DNA from: an uncultured Actinomycetes bacterium
GTDB lineage: Bacteria; Actinomycetota; UBA4738; HRBIN12
Reading direction: 5' to 3'
NCBI GenBank assembly: GCA_963704725.1
Contig: OY969934.1
Coordinates: 2,688,001-2,752,000, forward strand
Length of the DNA stretch: 64,000 bases
The translations under genes were made by a program, and so were the position numbers. How positions within the stretch are numbered: the first letter of the stretch is position 1; every line of letters begins with the position of its first letter. Shown piece by piece: positions 1-11,218 of this stretch. The notes under the pieces are model-generated. The model was not told the origin of the DNA and did not search any database. It was given only the letters and a program-made list of their open reading frames with translations.

Positions 1-434
1 AGCCCGTTCCAGGCCACCGCCCGACTGTTCACGACGAGACGCCGGCCCTCGTCGTCCTCGATCGAGTCGAGGCTGACGGCCTCCAGGCGGAGCTCCTCGA
101 GCTCCAGCACCCTTGCGGGCCGCGTGGGGAAGTGGAGCATCGAGATCAGCGTCGAGCCGGGCTGGAGCCACTCGAACCGTCCCACGGGCGCGCGGAGCAC
201 GAGCACGACGTCCTGCCGATAGACCAGGTCCTCGTCCACCACCCGCACGAGATCCGGGCACGCCGCGACGTAGTCGATGTCCGCGTAGCCCATGCCGGAC
301 CCGATGCCGGACTCGACGGACACGCGGCAGCCGAGGCTCGCGAGCAGACCGACCAGGGGTGGAAGGAAGTCGCGACGCTCGCCTCGCTCCTTGTGCATCC
401 GGGGGAATCCGAAGGTGAGGCCCGACAGACACAT
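1..434 (-). CDS. Alanine dehydrogenase/PNT N-terminal-domain protein (partial, runs off window)
   Basis: Not in ORF track. Manual translation from ATG 434 (GGGAG upstream): MCLSGLTFGFPRMHKERGERRDFLPPLV...VESGIGSGMG...LISMLHF, typical AlaDh_PNT_N start. Confidence 0.7.
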   Translation of the reverse strand, partial: MCLSGLTFGFPRMHKERGERRDFLPPLVGLLASLGCRVSVESGIGSGMGYADIDYVAACPDLVRVVDEDLVYRQDVVLVLRAPVGRFEWLQPGSTLISMLHFPTRPARVLELEELRLEAVSLDSIEDDEGRRLVVNSRAVAWNG

Positions 435-574
435 CGCGACGCTCCCTGGTGAGCGAAAGCCGCTTGGCCGTGATCGGCATTCACCGTAGGCCGATCCTCT
501 TGATGCCGCCGGAGTCCATCGGCCCTCGCGCGCCGGGCCGGCCGTGTCCCGGGGGGCCTGGGTGCTGCGCCGGG

Positions 575-871
575 TTACTGGACCGGCGGAGGGGGCGGCG
601 GCGGCGTGGACCGAGGTGGCGGTTCGGTCGGTCCGGGTTCCTGCTCGACCGATGAGAGCGGCGCCGTCGAACCGGCGGCAACCGCCCGGCCGCGACCGAG
701 CGGCGCCCACGCCGCCATGGCGAGCCCGAGCACGACGCCCGCGAGTGGGAGCCCGAAGAAGCTGATGTTGTCGAGCGGCCGGATCGAGAACTGCTGGAGC
801 AGGACCGCCACGCCGACCCCGAGGAAGAACCCCGACACGCCACCCAGCCAGGGGCGTCCCCGGAACCTCAC
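575..871 (-). CDS. Small 2-TM membrane protein with Pro-rich tail
   Basis: Two hydrophobic segments; GTGA overlap with upstream gene. Confidence 0.65.
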   Translation of the reverse strand: MRFRGRPWLGGVSGFFLGVGVAVLLQQFSIRPLDNISFFGLPLAGVVLGLAMAAWAPLGRGRAVAAGSTAPLSSVEQEPGPTEPPPRSTPPPPPPPVQ

Positions 872-1437
872 CGCACCGCCCTGGGCTTGCGGGCCGCGGC
901 GGCGGCCCCGACCCCGGCCGCGGCGACGACCGTGACCCCGGCCGCGGCGACGCCGGGGATGGTGCCGAGCGGGTTGCCCTCGATCTTCACGTAGGCGAAC
1001 CCCTCGCAGGTCCCCCCTCGGCCCTCATGCGTCCCCGAGACGCGGAAGATGCCGACGATGTCGATCGGGAGCTTCGCGAGCGCGTCGTCGAGCGCATAGG
1101 TCCCGGTCTTCTCCACCTTCTCGTCGGCGTTCTCCCCCGACCAGTCCGCCACCGTGATGGGGATGGGTCCGACGTCGACGGCGATCGAGCCGTGGTGGTT
1201 CTTGATCACGACACCGCCCGTCGTCCCCGTGTACTGGACGACGATGCCGGATCCGTCCGGGATCAGGACCGGGTTCGAGGGCGTGTCGTTCGCGGGCGTG
1301 TACTTGACGCCCTGGATCGTCACGCTCCCGTCGCAGGGTCCGGTCGTGATGCTCGCGAAGGCAGGCGCGGCGAGCGCGAGCGACAGGCACCCCACGGACC
1401 ACACGACGGCCGCAGCGCGCGCGATCGTCCGCCGCAT
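868..1437 (-). CDS. Secreted, C-terminally membrane-anchored hypothetical protein
   Basis: Signal peptide (ALAAPAFA), beta-rich domain with 2 Cys, C-terminal hydrophobic stretch plus basic tail; start could be 1452. Confidence 0.7.
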   Translation of the reverse strand: MRRTIARAAAVVWSVGCLSLALAAPAFASITTGPCDGSVTIQGVKYTPANDTPSNPVLIPDGSGIVVQYTGTTGGVVIKNHHGSIAVDVGPIPITVADWSGENADEKVEKTGTYALDDALAKLPIDIVGIFRVSGTHEGRGGTCEGFAYVKIEGNPLGTIPGVAAAGVTVVAAAGVGAAAAARKPRAVR

Positions 1438-1498
1438 CCGAGCTCCCCCCATCGCGAGGGCACCGTAGCCGCTTCTCGGTGGCCGAGCAAACCAGCGA

Positions 1499-4230
<2,732 letters not shown>

Positions 4231-4234
<4 letters not shown>

Positions 4235-4758
4235 GACGGTTCCATCGTCCCAGACCCGGTCGCCCGGACCTCGCGCCGGTGGCTGAGGATGGACTCCCGG
4301 TGCGCCAGCCGGGTCTCTCGACGCATCTTCGCCTCGGTCTGCCGGCGGCGCTGGATCTCGGTCTCGGCGACGAGCCGGGGCACGGGCCGGGGCCGGCCCT
4401 CCCGGCCGAGCGCCACGAACACGAGGTACGCGCTCGCGGTGTGCAGGCGCTCCCCCGAGACGACGTCTTCCACCTCGACGCGGACCCCCACCTCGATCGA
4501 GGTCGTGCCCACGTCGTTCACCGACGCCCGCACGGTCACCAGATCGCCGACGTGCACGGGGTGCAGGAACGACATCTCGTCGATCGTGACCGTCACGCAC
4601 ATGCCGCCGGCGTGCTTGATGGCGGCGAGCCCGGCGGCCGTATCGACCAGCTTCATCACCTCGCCGCCGTGCACGATCCCCGCGATGTTCGCGTGGGTGA
4701 TCTCCATGAGCTGGACCAGCGTGGTCTCGGAGTCGGCGACGCGCTTGGCCTCGGCCAT
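4231..4758 (-). CDS. Acyl-CoA thioesterase (hotdog, YciA-like)
   Basis: HANIAGIVHGGEVMKLVD motif; TACGGT 7 nt upstream of ATG; overlaps acnA start. Confidence 0.9.
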
Positions 4759-4797
4759 GCGTCGAACCGTAGCAGGCGGGACCGGTACCATCGGAGC

Positions 4798-5571
4798 GTG
4801 CGGAGCGTGAGCCGGCGGGTGGCGCTCGCGGTCGCGCTCATGGCGGCGCTCTCCGCGTGCGGGGACTCGGGCACGGCTGCCACGACCACGCCGAGCCCGA
4901 AGGGAGAGCGTCCCTCGACCGCTCCTTCGTCCTCGACCTCTCCTTCGGAGGAAGCGGACCCGACGCCCTCGGTCGTCGCGTCGGCGCAGCCGCCGCCCGG
5001 ACGGTCCCGCTGCACGCTGGTCCTGGGGATGTCCGTCACCGCGAACTGGTTCCTGGATGGAGCGTTCGAATCCCGACCCGGCATCCTCGACGCCCGATGG
5101 GAGCTGATCTGGGAGAGCGGCTACGACGTGGGGCTGTTCGCCGATCCGAACGGCCTGCCGTACACGGACGCGCCGCTGTCGCCGTGCGCCGACCCCCCCG
5201 ACCGGGTGCTGTTCCAGATCGCGGCCTTCGATTGGCAGGACCCGGTCTCCGTCGAGGCGGAGCTGCGCTCCTCGATCGACAACATCCGTGCGACGTGGCC
5301 GACCCTCCGCACGATCGAGCTCATCCCGATCGTCGGTGGCCCGGGCGGGCGGCCGTGCGACGACCCGCGCGCGCCCGACAAGGGGATCCTGGCCTCGTAC
5401 ATGAACCCGCCCGTGGTCGATGCCATCGCGGCCGTGACGACGGGGGACGTCGTCGCCGGCCCCGACCTCCTCGTCGCCGACTGCTCCCAGTTCCGGGACG
5501 GAACCGGGCACCTCACGATCGACGGATCGAGCTACGTCGCGTCCGTGCTGGCGGACCACTACGGCTCGTGA
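4798..5571 (+). CDS. Lipoprotein, SGNH-hydrolase-like
   Basis: Lipobox LSAC, Ser/Thr/Pro linker, VLGMSVT (GxS) and C-terminal RDGTGHLT; start 4798 or 4807. Confidence 0.6.
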   Translation: MRSVSRRVALAVALMAALSACGDSGTAATTTPSPKGERPSTAPSSSTSPSEEADPTPSVVASAQPPPGRSRCTLVLGMSVTANWFLDGAFESRPGILDARWELIWESGYDVGLFADPNGLPYTDAPLSPCADPPDRVLFQIAAFDWQDPVSVEAELRSSIDNIRATWPTLRTIELIPIVGGPGGRPCDDPRAPDKGILASYMNPPVVDAIAAVTTGDVVAGPDLLVADCSQFRDGTGHLTIDGSSYVASVLADHYGS

Positions 5572-6359
5572 GGCGGTCGGGGGCGCTCCTCACGCTCGTG
5601 CTGACCCTGGGCCTGCTCGCGGCCTGCGATCGTTCCGGCGGTGACGCAGCCTCGCCGACCCCCGCGTCCTCCCCAAGTCCGAGCCCCTCGGTACCGAACC
5701 CTACGACGGGTCCGCCGCCCACGCCCACCCCCACGCCGAACCCGACGGTGAGCCCGACCCCCTCCCCGGTGCTGCACCTGCCCCCGGACGCCCCCACGAC
5801 CTACGACGGCACGCTGACCGACGACCTCGCGCCGCTCGCACCGCCCGGCGCGACCCTGACGTCGACGGCGAGCTTCTCAACCCCCGAGGATCCGGTCGAT
5901 CTGGTGGCGTTCGCCTGGCGGCGCGGAGATCCGTTCGCCGGCGAGCTCGGCTTCTCCGTGTGGCAGCGCTTCGAGGACTCCCCGGCCTGGCGGGCGGTGT
6001 CGGCGTTCACCGACGGACCCGCCAAGGGCGTCCTCGGGATCACGTTCGGGGCGGCGGACCTGACCGGGGACGGAATCTCGGACTTCCTCACCCGGGAGGA
6101 CCGCGGCGGCAGCGGCGCCTGCGCCACGTGGAGGGTGCTCAGCCCGGCCCAGGGCACCGCGACCCAGGTCTTCCGCCACGGCGGGTGCGACACGTCGATC
6201 GAGCTCGGCGAAGGCGCGTCGCTCACGGTCCGAGAGGCCGTGTTCGAGCCCGGCGACTCCCACTGCTGCCCGAGCGCGTTCCGGACGACGACGCTGGAGT
6301 GGGATGGTTCCGCGTTCGTCGAGACGGACGTCGTCGAGTCACCGGCCCCGAGCCCCTAA
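5568..6359 (+). CDS. Lipoprotein with Pro/Thr linker (LppP/LprE-like C-terminus)
   Basis: Lipobox LAAC; DLTGDGISDFL loop; GDSHCCPS...LEWDG motif. Confidence 0.65.
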   Translation: MRRSGALLTLVLTLGLLAACDRSGGDAASPTPASSPSPSPSVPNPTTGPPPTPTPTPNPTVSPTPSPVLHLPPDAPTTYDGTLTDDLAPLAPPGATLTSTASFSTPEDPVDLVAFAWRRGDPFAGELGFSVWQRFEDSPAWRAVSAFTDGPAKGVLGITFGAADLTGDGISDFLTREDRGGSGACATWRVLSPAQGTATQVFRHGGCDTSIELGEGASLTVREAVFEPGDSHCCPSAFRTTTLEWDGSAFVETDVVESPAPSP

Positions 6360-6360
6360 T

Positions 6361-6535
6361 GGGACCCGACGGCGTGCGTTGGGGCATGCTGTCCCTGAGC
6401 CGCCGGCGGGTGAGCACTGCTGAGCCCAGAGCCCTCAAGCTCTACGTCTAGATCGTGCCCCCACCGGTTGGCGAGGGGGTCTGACGGCTGGTGGGATGGC
6501 GTGCCTCGAGCACTGATCCATTAGGTCGCCGCGTA
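6361..6535 (+). ncRNA. Putative IS110 bridge RNA
   Basis: 5' hairpin 6368-6393; target loop GAGCCC (6422-27) and CGTCTAG (6445-51) around AGAGC/GCTCT hairpin; donor loop GTGGGATG (6491-98) and CCATTAG (6518-24) around GTGC/GCAC hairpin; ends approximate. Confidence 0.75.
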
Positions 6536-6572
6536 CCTCCTCCGGGCTCAGCGGCCCCGGAAAGGAGGAGTC

Positions 6573-7787
6573 GTGATCTTCGTCGGCATCGATTGGGCCG
6601 AGGCGCGCCACGACGTCTGCGTGCTCGATGATCAAGGGCACGTCGTGGCCAAGGGGCGAGTGCCTGACGGCGTGGAGGGCCTCGGCCTCCTGCACGCCAT
6701 GGTGGCCGATCACGCGGAGGACCCGACCGAGGTGGTGGTCGGTATCGAGCTCGACCGTGGACTGCTGGTGGGATCTCTCGTCGAGAGTGGCTACCACGTC
6801 TACGCGGTCAATCCCTTCTCGGTCTCGAGGTACCGCGATCGCCACGCGACCTCCGGCGCCAAGTCCGACCCGGGCGATGCGAAGGTCCTCGCCGATCTCG
6901 TACGCACCGATCGGCAGAACCACCGGGAGGTGGCCGGCGACACCGAGCTCGCCGAGGCAATCAAGGTGCTCGCCCGGGCGCATCAGTCGTTCGTCTGGTC
7001 GCGCCAGCGGCAGGTGAACCAGCTCCGGAGCATGCTTCGAGAGTTCTACCCGGGTGCGCTGCAGGCGCTGAGCGGTGATCTTTCTTCCCACGAGGCGTGC
7101 AGCATCTTGGGAATGGCCCCCACGCCTGAGTTGGGACGACGTCTCACGCGCTCGAGGATCCGGCGCTCCCTCGCTGGCTCTGGTCGCTCACGCAACCTCG
7201 ATCGGAAGGCGGAGCAGATCTATGAGGCCCTGCATGCTCCTCAGCTGGAGGCCCCGTCTGTGCTGGCCGAGGCCTACGGGGAGGTCGTCGGCTCGCTCGT
7301 GCTCGTGATCGATCGCCTCACGCACCAGATCGGACAGCTGGAGCGCCAGCTCGCCCAGCGTTTTGAAGGTCACCCGGACGCCGAGATCCTGCGCAGTCTT
7401 CCCGGACTCGGCCTGATCCTCGGCGCCCGGGTGCTGGCGGAGTTCGGGGACGACCCGACCCGCTACGAAGATGCTAGGGCGAGGAGGTGCTATGCGGGAA
7501 GCGCCCCGGTCACCAGGGCTTCGGGAAAGCGGCTCGTCGTGCTGGCCCGGGTGGCTCGCAACCGCCGCCTCGCCGACGCCTGTTACCTCTGGGCCTTCTC
7601 CGCGCTCAGTGCCTCGCCGGGCGCTCGTCGCTACTACGACGCCCGACGGGCTCGAGGAGCCACCCACCACCAGGCGCTGCGCGCGCTCTCGAACCGCCTC
7701 GTCGGCGTCCTTCACGGGTGCCTCCGACACCGGAGTCACTACTGCGAGGAGATCGCTTGGCCAGGCTCGCTCGATGCCGCGGTTTGA
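6573..7787 (+). CDS. IS110 family transposase/recombinase
   Basis: FVGIDWA, GIE, KSDPGDA (DEDD RuvC-like), SLPGLG, APVTRASGK; SD AAAGGAGGAG. Confidence 0.96.
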   Translation: MIFVGIDWAEARHDVCVLDDQGHVVAKGRVPDGVEGLGLLHAMVADHAEDPTEVVVGIELDRGLLVGSLVESGYHVYAVNPFSVSRYRDRHATSGAKSDPGDAKVLADLVRTDRQNHREVAGDTELAEAIKVLARAHQSFVWSRQRQVNQLRSMLREFYPGALQALSGDLSSHEACSILGMAPTPELGRRLTRSRIRRSLAGSGRSRNLDRKAEQIYEALHAPQLEAPSVLAEAYGEVVGSLVLVIDRLTHQIGQLERQLAQRFEGHPDAEILRSLPGLGLILGARVLAEFGDDPTRYEDARARRCYAGSAPVTRASGKRLVVLARVARNRRLADACYLWAFSALSASPGARRYYDARRARGATHHQALRALSNRLVGVLHGCLRHRSHYCEEIAWPGSLDAAV

Positions 7788-7810
7788 CGTCTTCGGGCCG
7801 TGGGATGTCT
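7784..7810 (+). promoter_or_regulatory. Right-end half of IS110 circle-junction promoter
   Basis: TTGACG 7784-89, 18 nt spacer, then TCT joined to AAT (6358-60) on circularisation gives -10 TCTAAT. Confidence 0.65.
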
Positions 7811-10091
7811 AGACGAGCACGGCCGTGCTCCGGCGCCGCCCCGTCTTCTGCACCAGGATCGAGGCGGGGAACTGGTCCTTCACCCGCTCGGCGTGCGTGA
7901 TCACGAAGAGCTGGTGGAAGCGCGACGCGAGCCTGCCGAGCGCGAGGACCATGAGGTCCTTGCGCTCCTCGTCGAGCGAGGCGAGGACCTCATCGAGCAC
8001 CATCATGCCGACGTCGGCGCCCGAGACACGGGAAAGGTGCGTCGAGATCGCCACCCGCAGGGCGAGGTTGGCGAGGTCGGTCTCGGAGCCCGAGAACCGC
8101 CCGATCGGGAAGTACGTGTCGCCGTCGGCGATCTGGATCGACAGGGTCTCCTCGTCGACCCGGAGGTCGTCGTACTCGTGGTTGGTGAGCTCGCGGAACA
8201 GCGACTCGGCCTCTCGGGAGAGCTCGGGGCCGACGCGCCCCACGAGGTGGTCGCGGAACCCGTCCAGGAGCATCGCCACGCGCTCGACGTAGCGAGCCTC
8301 CGACCGCAGCTCCTCGACCTTCGCCTGGATCTCCCTCGCGCGCTCCAGACCCGCGGCGAGCTCGGCCGCTCGCTTCTCGGCGTCCTTGCGCGCGTCGCTC
8401 GCGGTCCGTTCGGCCGCGCGAGCGGCCTCCAGGATGGCGGAAGCCTCCTCGCAGGCCGAGCGGAGCCGCTCGTGCTCGCCCTGGTCGAAGGCCAACCCCT
8501 CGGCCTCCTCGGCGAGCGCGGCCAGCTCGTCCTCGAGCGCGCCCAGGCCGTCCTCCGCCGCCGCCAGGTCGCCCGTCGCGGTCTCGAGATGCTTGCGCTC
8601 GACCCCGAGCTCGGCGACCCGCGCGGCGAGCTCCCTGGCCCGGCCCGCCCGCGCTCGGACCTCGTCCACGTCGGGGATCTCCTGCCCGAACGGCTCGCCG
8701 AGCAGCACGACCTCGGCCCGCATCGTGGCGACCCCCTCGGTCAGCCGCGACCTCGCAGCGCCGGCCTCCCGGGCGGCCCGGCCCGCCACCGCGGCGACAC
8801 GGTGCGCCCGCTCCGCCCGGTCGAGATCGGCGGCCGCGCGCTTCGACGTCCCGTCCGCGGCCTTCGCCGCCTTCGCCGCGTCGGCCGCCGCCGCCCGGCA
8901 GTGCCTCACGTAGTCGGCGAAGTCCGAGCCGAGGGGACGGCCGCACGTGGGGCACGGCTGCTCCGGATCCGCCTCCGCCGTGTGCGCCAGCCGCTCCTCG
9001 GCCTCCCCGAGCGCGGCTTGGCGCTGCCCCAGCTCCGCCTGCGCTTCGGCGGCGGACGTCCGTGCCGCGGCGAGGGCGGCGTCGGCCTCCTCGAGCCCCG
9101 CCTCGGCGGCCTCGACGTCGGGCTCCGGCTGCCCGGCGAGCTCGAGCTCCGCAGCCGCCAGCCGCTCGGAGGCCTCGGCCAGCCGGGTCGCCGCACGCAA
9201 CCGCTCCTCCACGTCGCCGAGCTCTCGCAGCTCCTCGTCCAGCGCCGGAAGGTCCTCCAGGTCGGCGGCCAGCACGTCGACCCGCTGGACCAGCGCGTCT
9301 CGCCGCTCGACGAGCGCGTCGCGCTGCTCGACCTTGCCGGCCAGGCGAACCGTGAGCTTCTCGACGCGCTCGCGAACGGCGTCAAGGTCGGCGAACGCCC
9401 GATCCGCAGCCCGGGCGGCCGCGGTGGCCGTGCGCAGCTCTGCCGCGGCGGCGGTCGATAGCTTCTTCGCCTCGCCCGCCGCTTCTTTCGCGTCCTTCAG
9501 CTCCGCCTCGAGCGCCGCGAGGTCGCCCACCGCCTCCGCCAGCTGGACCGCGCCGGCCTTCGCGGTCCGGGACTCCCGGCGGGCGGCGGCCCTCGCGTCG
9601 TCGACGGGCTTGATGCCGAGCAGCCGAAGCGCCATCTCCTTGCGCTTGCCCGGCGTCACCTCCGAGAACGCGTCGAGCTGCTTCTGCTCCGCATAGACGG
9701 AGGCCTTGAAGATCGGCAGCTCCATGTGCAGGAGGCGACGGACCTCGGCGTCGACGTCGGTGGTGCCCGAGGCGAGCAGGAGGTCGCCGCCCGAGAGCTC
9801 GGCCTCGGGCGTGTGGCCGCGGCCCTTGAGCGAGCGCCGAACCTCGTAGTGCTGCCCGGCGTGCTCAAACACGAGGCGGATCTCGCAGTCGGTGAGGACG
9901 CCGTGGGTGCGGATGGCCTGCTTCTCCGTCCGCGCGGCCTTCACCCCGTACAGGGCTAAGGCGATGGCCTCCAGGAGGGAGCTCTTCCCGCTTCCGTTCT
10001 CGCCGAACACGCCGATCACCCGCGCCGGGAGCTCGAGGTCGACCTCCTCGAACACACGGTAGTTGCGCAGCGACAGCTCCAGGACCCTCAC
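7809..10091 (-). CDS. rad50: Rad50/SbcC SMC-like ATPase
   Basis: Walker A GENGSGKS, coiled coil with CPTC zinc hook, signature FSGSE, Walker B MMVLDE, H-loop VITH. Confidence 0.93.
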   Translation of the reverse strand: MRVLELSLRNYRVFEEVDLELPARVIGVFGENGSGKSSLLEAIALALYGVKAARTEKQAIRTHGVLTDCEIRLVFEHAGQHYEVRRSLKGRGHTPEAELSGGDLLLASGTTDVDAEVRRLLHMELPIFKASVYAEQKQLDAFSEVTPGKRKEMALRLLGIKPVDDARAAARRESRTAKAGAVQLAEAVGDLAALEAELKDAKEAAGEAKKLSTAAAAELRTATAAARAADRAFADLDAVRERVEKLTVRLAGKVEQRDALVERRDALVQRVDVLAADLEDLPALDEELRELGDVEERLRAATRLAEASERLAAAELELAGQPEPDVEAAEAGLEEADAALAAARTSAAEAQAELGQRQAALGEAEERLAHTAEADPEQPCPTCGRPLGSDFADYVRHCRAAAADAAKAAKAADGTSKRAAADLDRAERAHRVAAVAGRAAREAGAARSRLTEGVATMRAEVVLLGEPFGQEIPDVDEVRARAGRARELAARVAELGVERKHLETATGDLAAAEDGLGALEDELAALAEEAEGLAFDQGEHERLRSACEEASAILEAARAAERTASDARKDAEKRAAELAAGLERAREIQAKVEELRSEARYVERVAMLLDGFRDHLVGRVGPELSREAESLFRELTNHEYDDLRVDEETLSIQIADGDTYFPIGRFSGSETDLANLALRVAISTHLSRVSGADVGMMVLDEVLASLDEERKDLMVLALGRLASRFHQLFVITHAERVKDQFPASILVQKTGRRRSTAVLV

Positions 10092-11218
10092 ACGGCCTCC
10101 CCGCGCGCGTCGTCGAGGAACCGGGCGCCGAGCGAGACCACCCGTTCGCGCTCGAGCCCGGCGAGGTCTTGGATCTCGACGTATGCCGCCCACTCGCTCT
10201 CGAGCGATCCCACCGTCGGGCCGCCCTGGACCGCGAGCGCCTCGGCCCCGAAGTCGGGCTCCACCTGGACCCACAGGGCGCCGGGCACGGCCTCCTGGAA
10301 CTGGTCGTTCACCACCTGCCGGTACGACGCGGGGTCCACCTCGTTCAGGAAGACGCGGACGACGGCGCCCTCGGGCGTGCCGCGCGTCGCCCGATCGACG
10401 GCGTCGACGAGCTCGCCGGCGGACAGCCCCGCGGCCGGGACGGAGGCCGTCACCAGGGGGCGCTCGCCCGGGTTCGGCACGTGCTCCACCTTCCCGGTGT
10501 CCGTGTCGACCACGACGATCCCCTTGGGGGTCTCGGGCGAATCGGCGAAGGAGAAGGTGTCGGTCGATCCCGCGTACCAGGTCCGCCGCGAGGCCCTCTG
10601 GAGCGCGTGGTAGTGGCCGAGGACCAGGAGGTCGAACCGGCGGTCGAACGCCGACTCCTCCACCTCGATCTCGTTGATGTCCGGGTACGCCCCGGCCGGG
10701 ATCGACGTCAGCGCGACGTGGGCGATGAGCAGGTTAGTGGCATCCGCCGACGCCCGCCCGGCCGCCAGGTCGAGCTGGGTCCGGAAATCGCCGCCGCCGA
10801 GCGTCTGGGGCACCGCGTGGACGGCGACGCCGGCGAGCTCGGCCAGGACGGACTCCATGCGCCACGCGAACGTGACGCCCGGGAACACCCGCTCCAGCGC
10901 GTCGTACGGAGAGCCCGTCCCGCGGACGCGGGGCGTGTCGTGGTTCCCGCTGATGGCGACGCCGCGCAGGCCGGCGTCGGCCAGCCGTTGCAGACCGGCC
11001 AGGACGTGCGCGAACGTGCGGTACGTGGGACGCGCGTGATCGAACACGTCGCCGAGCCACAGGAACCCGTCGGGCTCGAGGCGGATCGTCTCGTCGACGG
11101 CCCAGGCGAACGAGTGGAGGAAGTCCTCCTCGCGGACGTTGCGGCCCCGATCGTCCCGCAGGTGCGCGAGGTGCGAGCGCCCGAGGTGCGCGTCGCCGAG
11201 CGCGACGAGCCTCGTCAT
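10088..11218 (-). CDS. mre11: Mre11/SbcD nuclease
   Basis: Phosphoesterase motifs GDAHLG, GDVFD, GNHD, LIAH, GHYH. Confidence 0.93.
   Translation of the reverse strand: MTRLVALGDAHLGRSHLAHLRDDRGRNVREEDFLHSFAWAVDETIRLEPDGFLWLGDVFDHARPTYRTFAHVLAGLQRLADAGLRGVAISGNHDTPRVRGTGSPYDALERVFPGVTFAWRMESVLAELAGVAVHAVPQTLGGGDFRTQLDLAAGRASADATNLLIAHVALTSIPAGAYPDINEIEVEESAFDRRFDLLVLGHYHALQRASRRTWYAGSTDTFSFADSPETPKGIVVVDTDTGKVEHVPNPGERPLVTASVPAAGLSAGELVDAVDRATRGTPEGAVVRVFLNEVDPASYRQVVNDQFQEAVPGALWVQVEPDFGAEALAVQGGPTVGSLESEWAAYVEIQDLAGLERERVVSLGARFLDDARGEAV

Larger units (their letters stand above)
6356..7810 (+). mobile_element. IS110-family insertion sequence
   Basis: CT(A) core at 6356-6358 and 7809-7811; no terminal inverted repeats; ~215-nt structured left non-coding end; DEDD transposase. 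Confidence 0.88.

Noticed and set aside
575-620. Poly-Pro C-terminus as an arrest peptide
   Set aside because: No RAPP-like motif and no SD-pairing structure identified downstream
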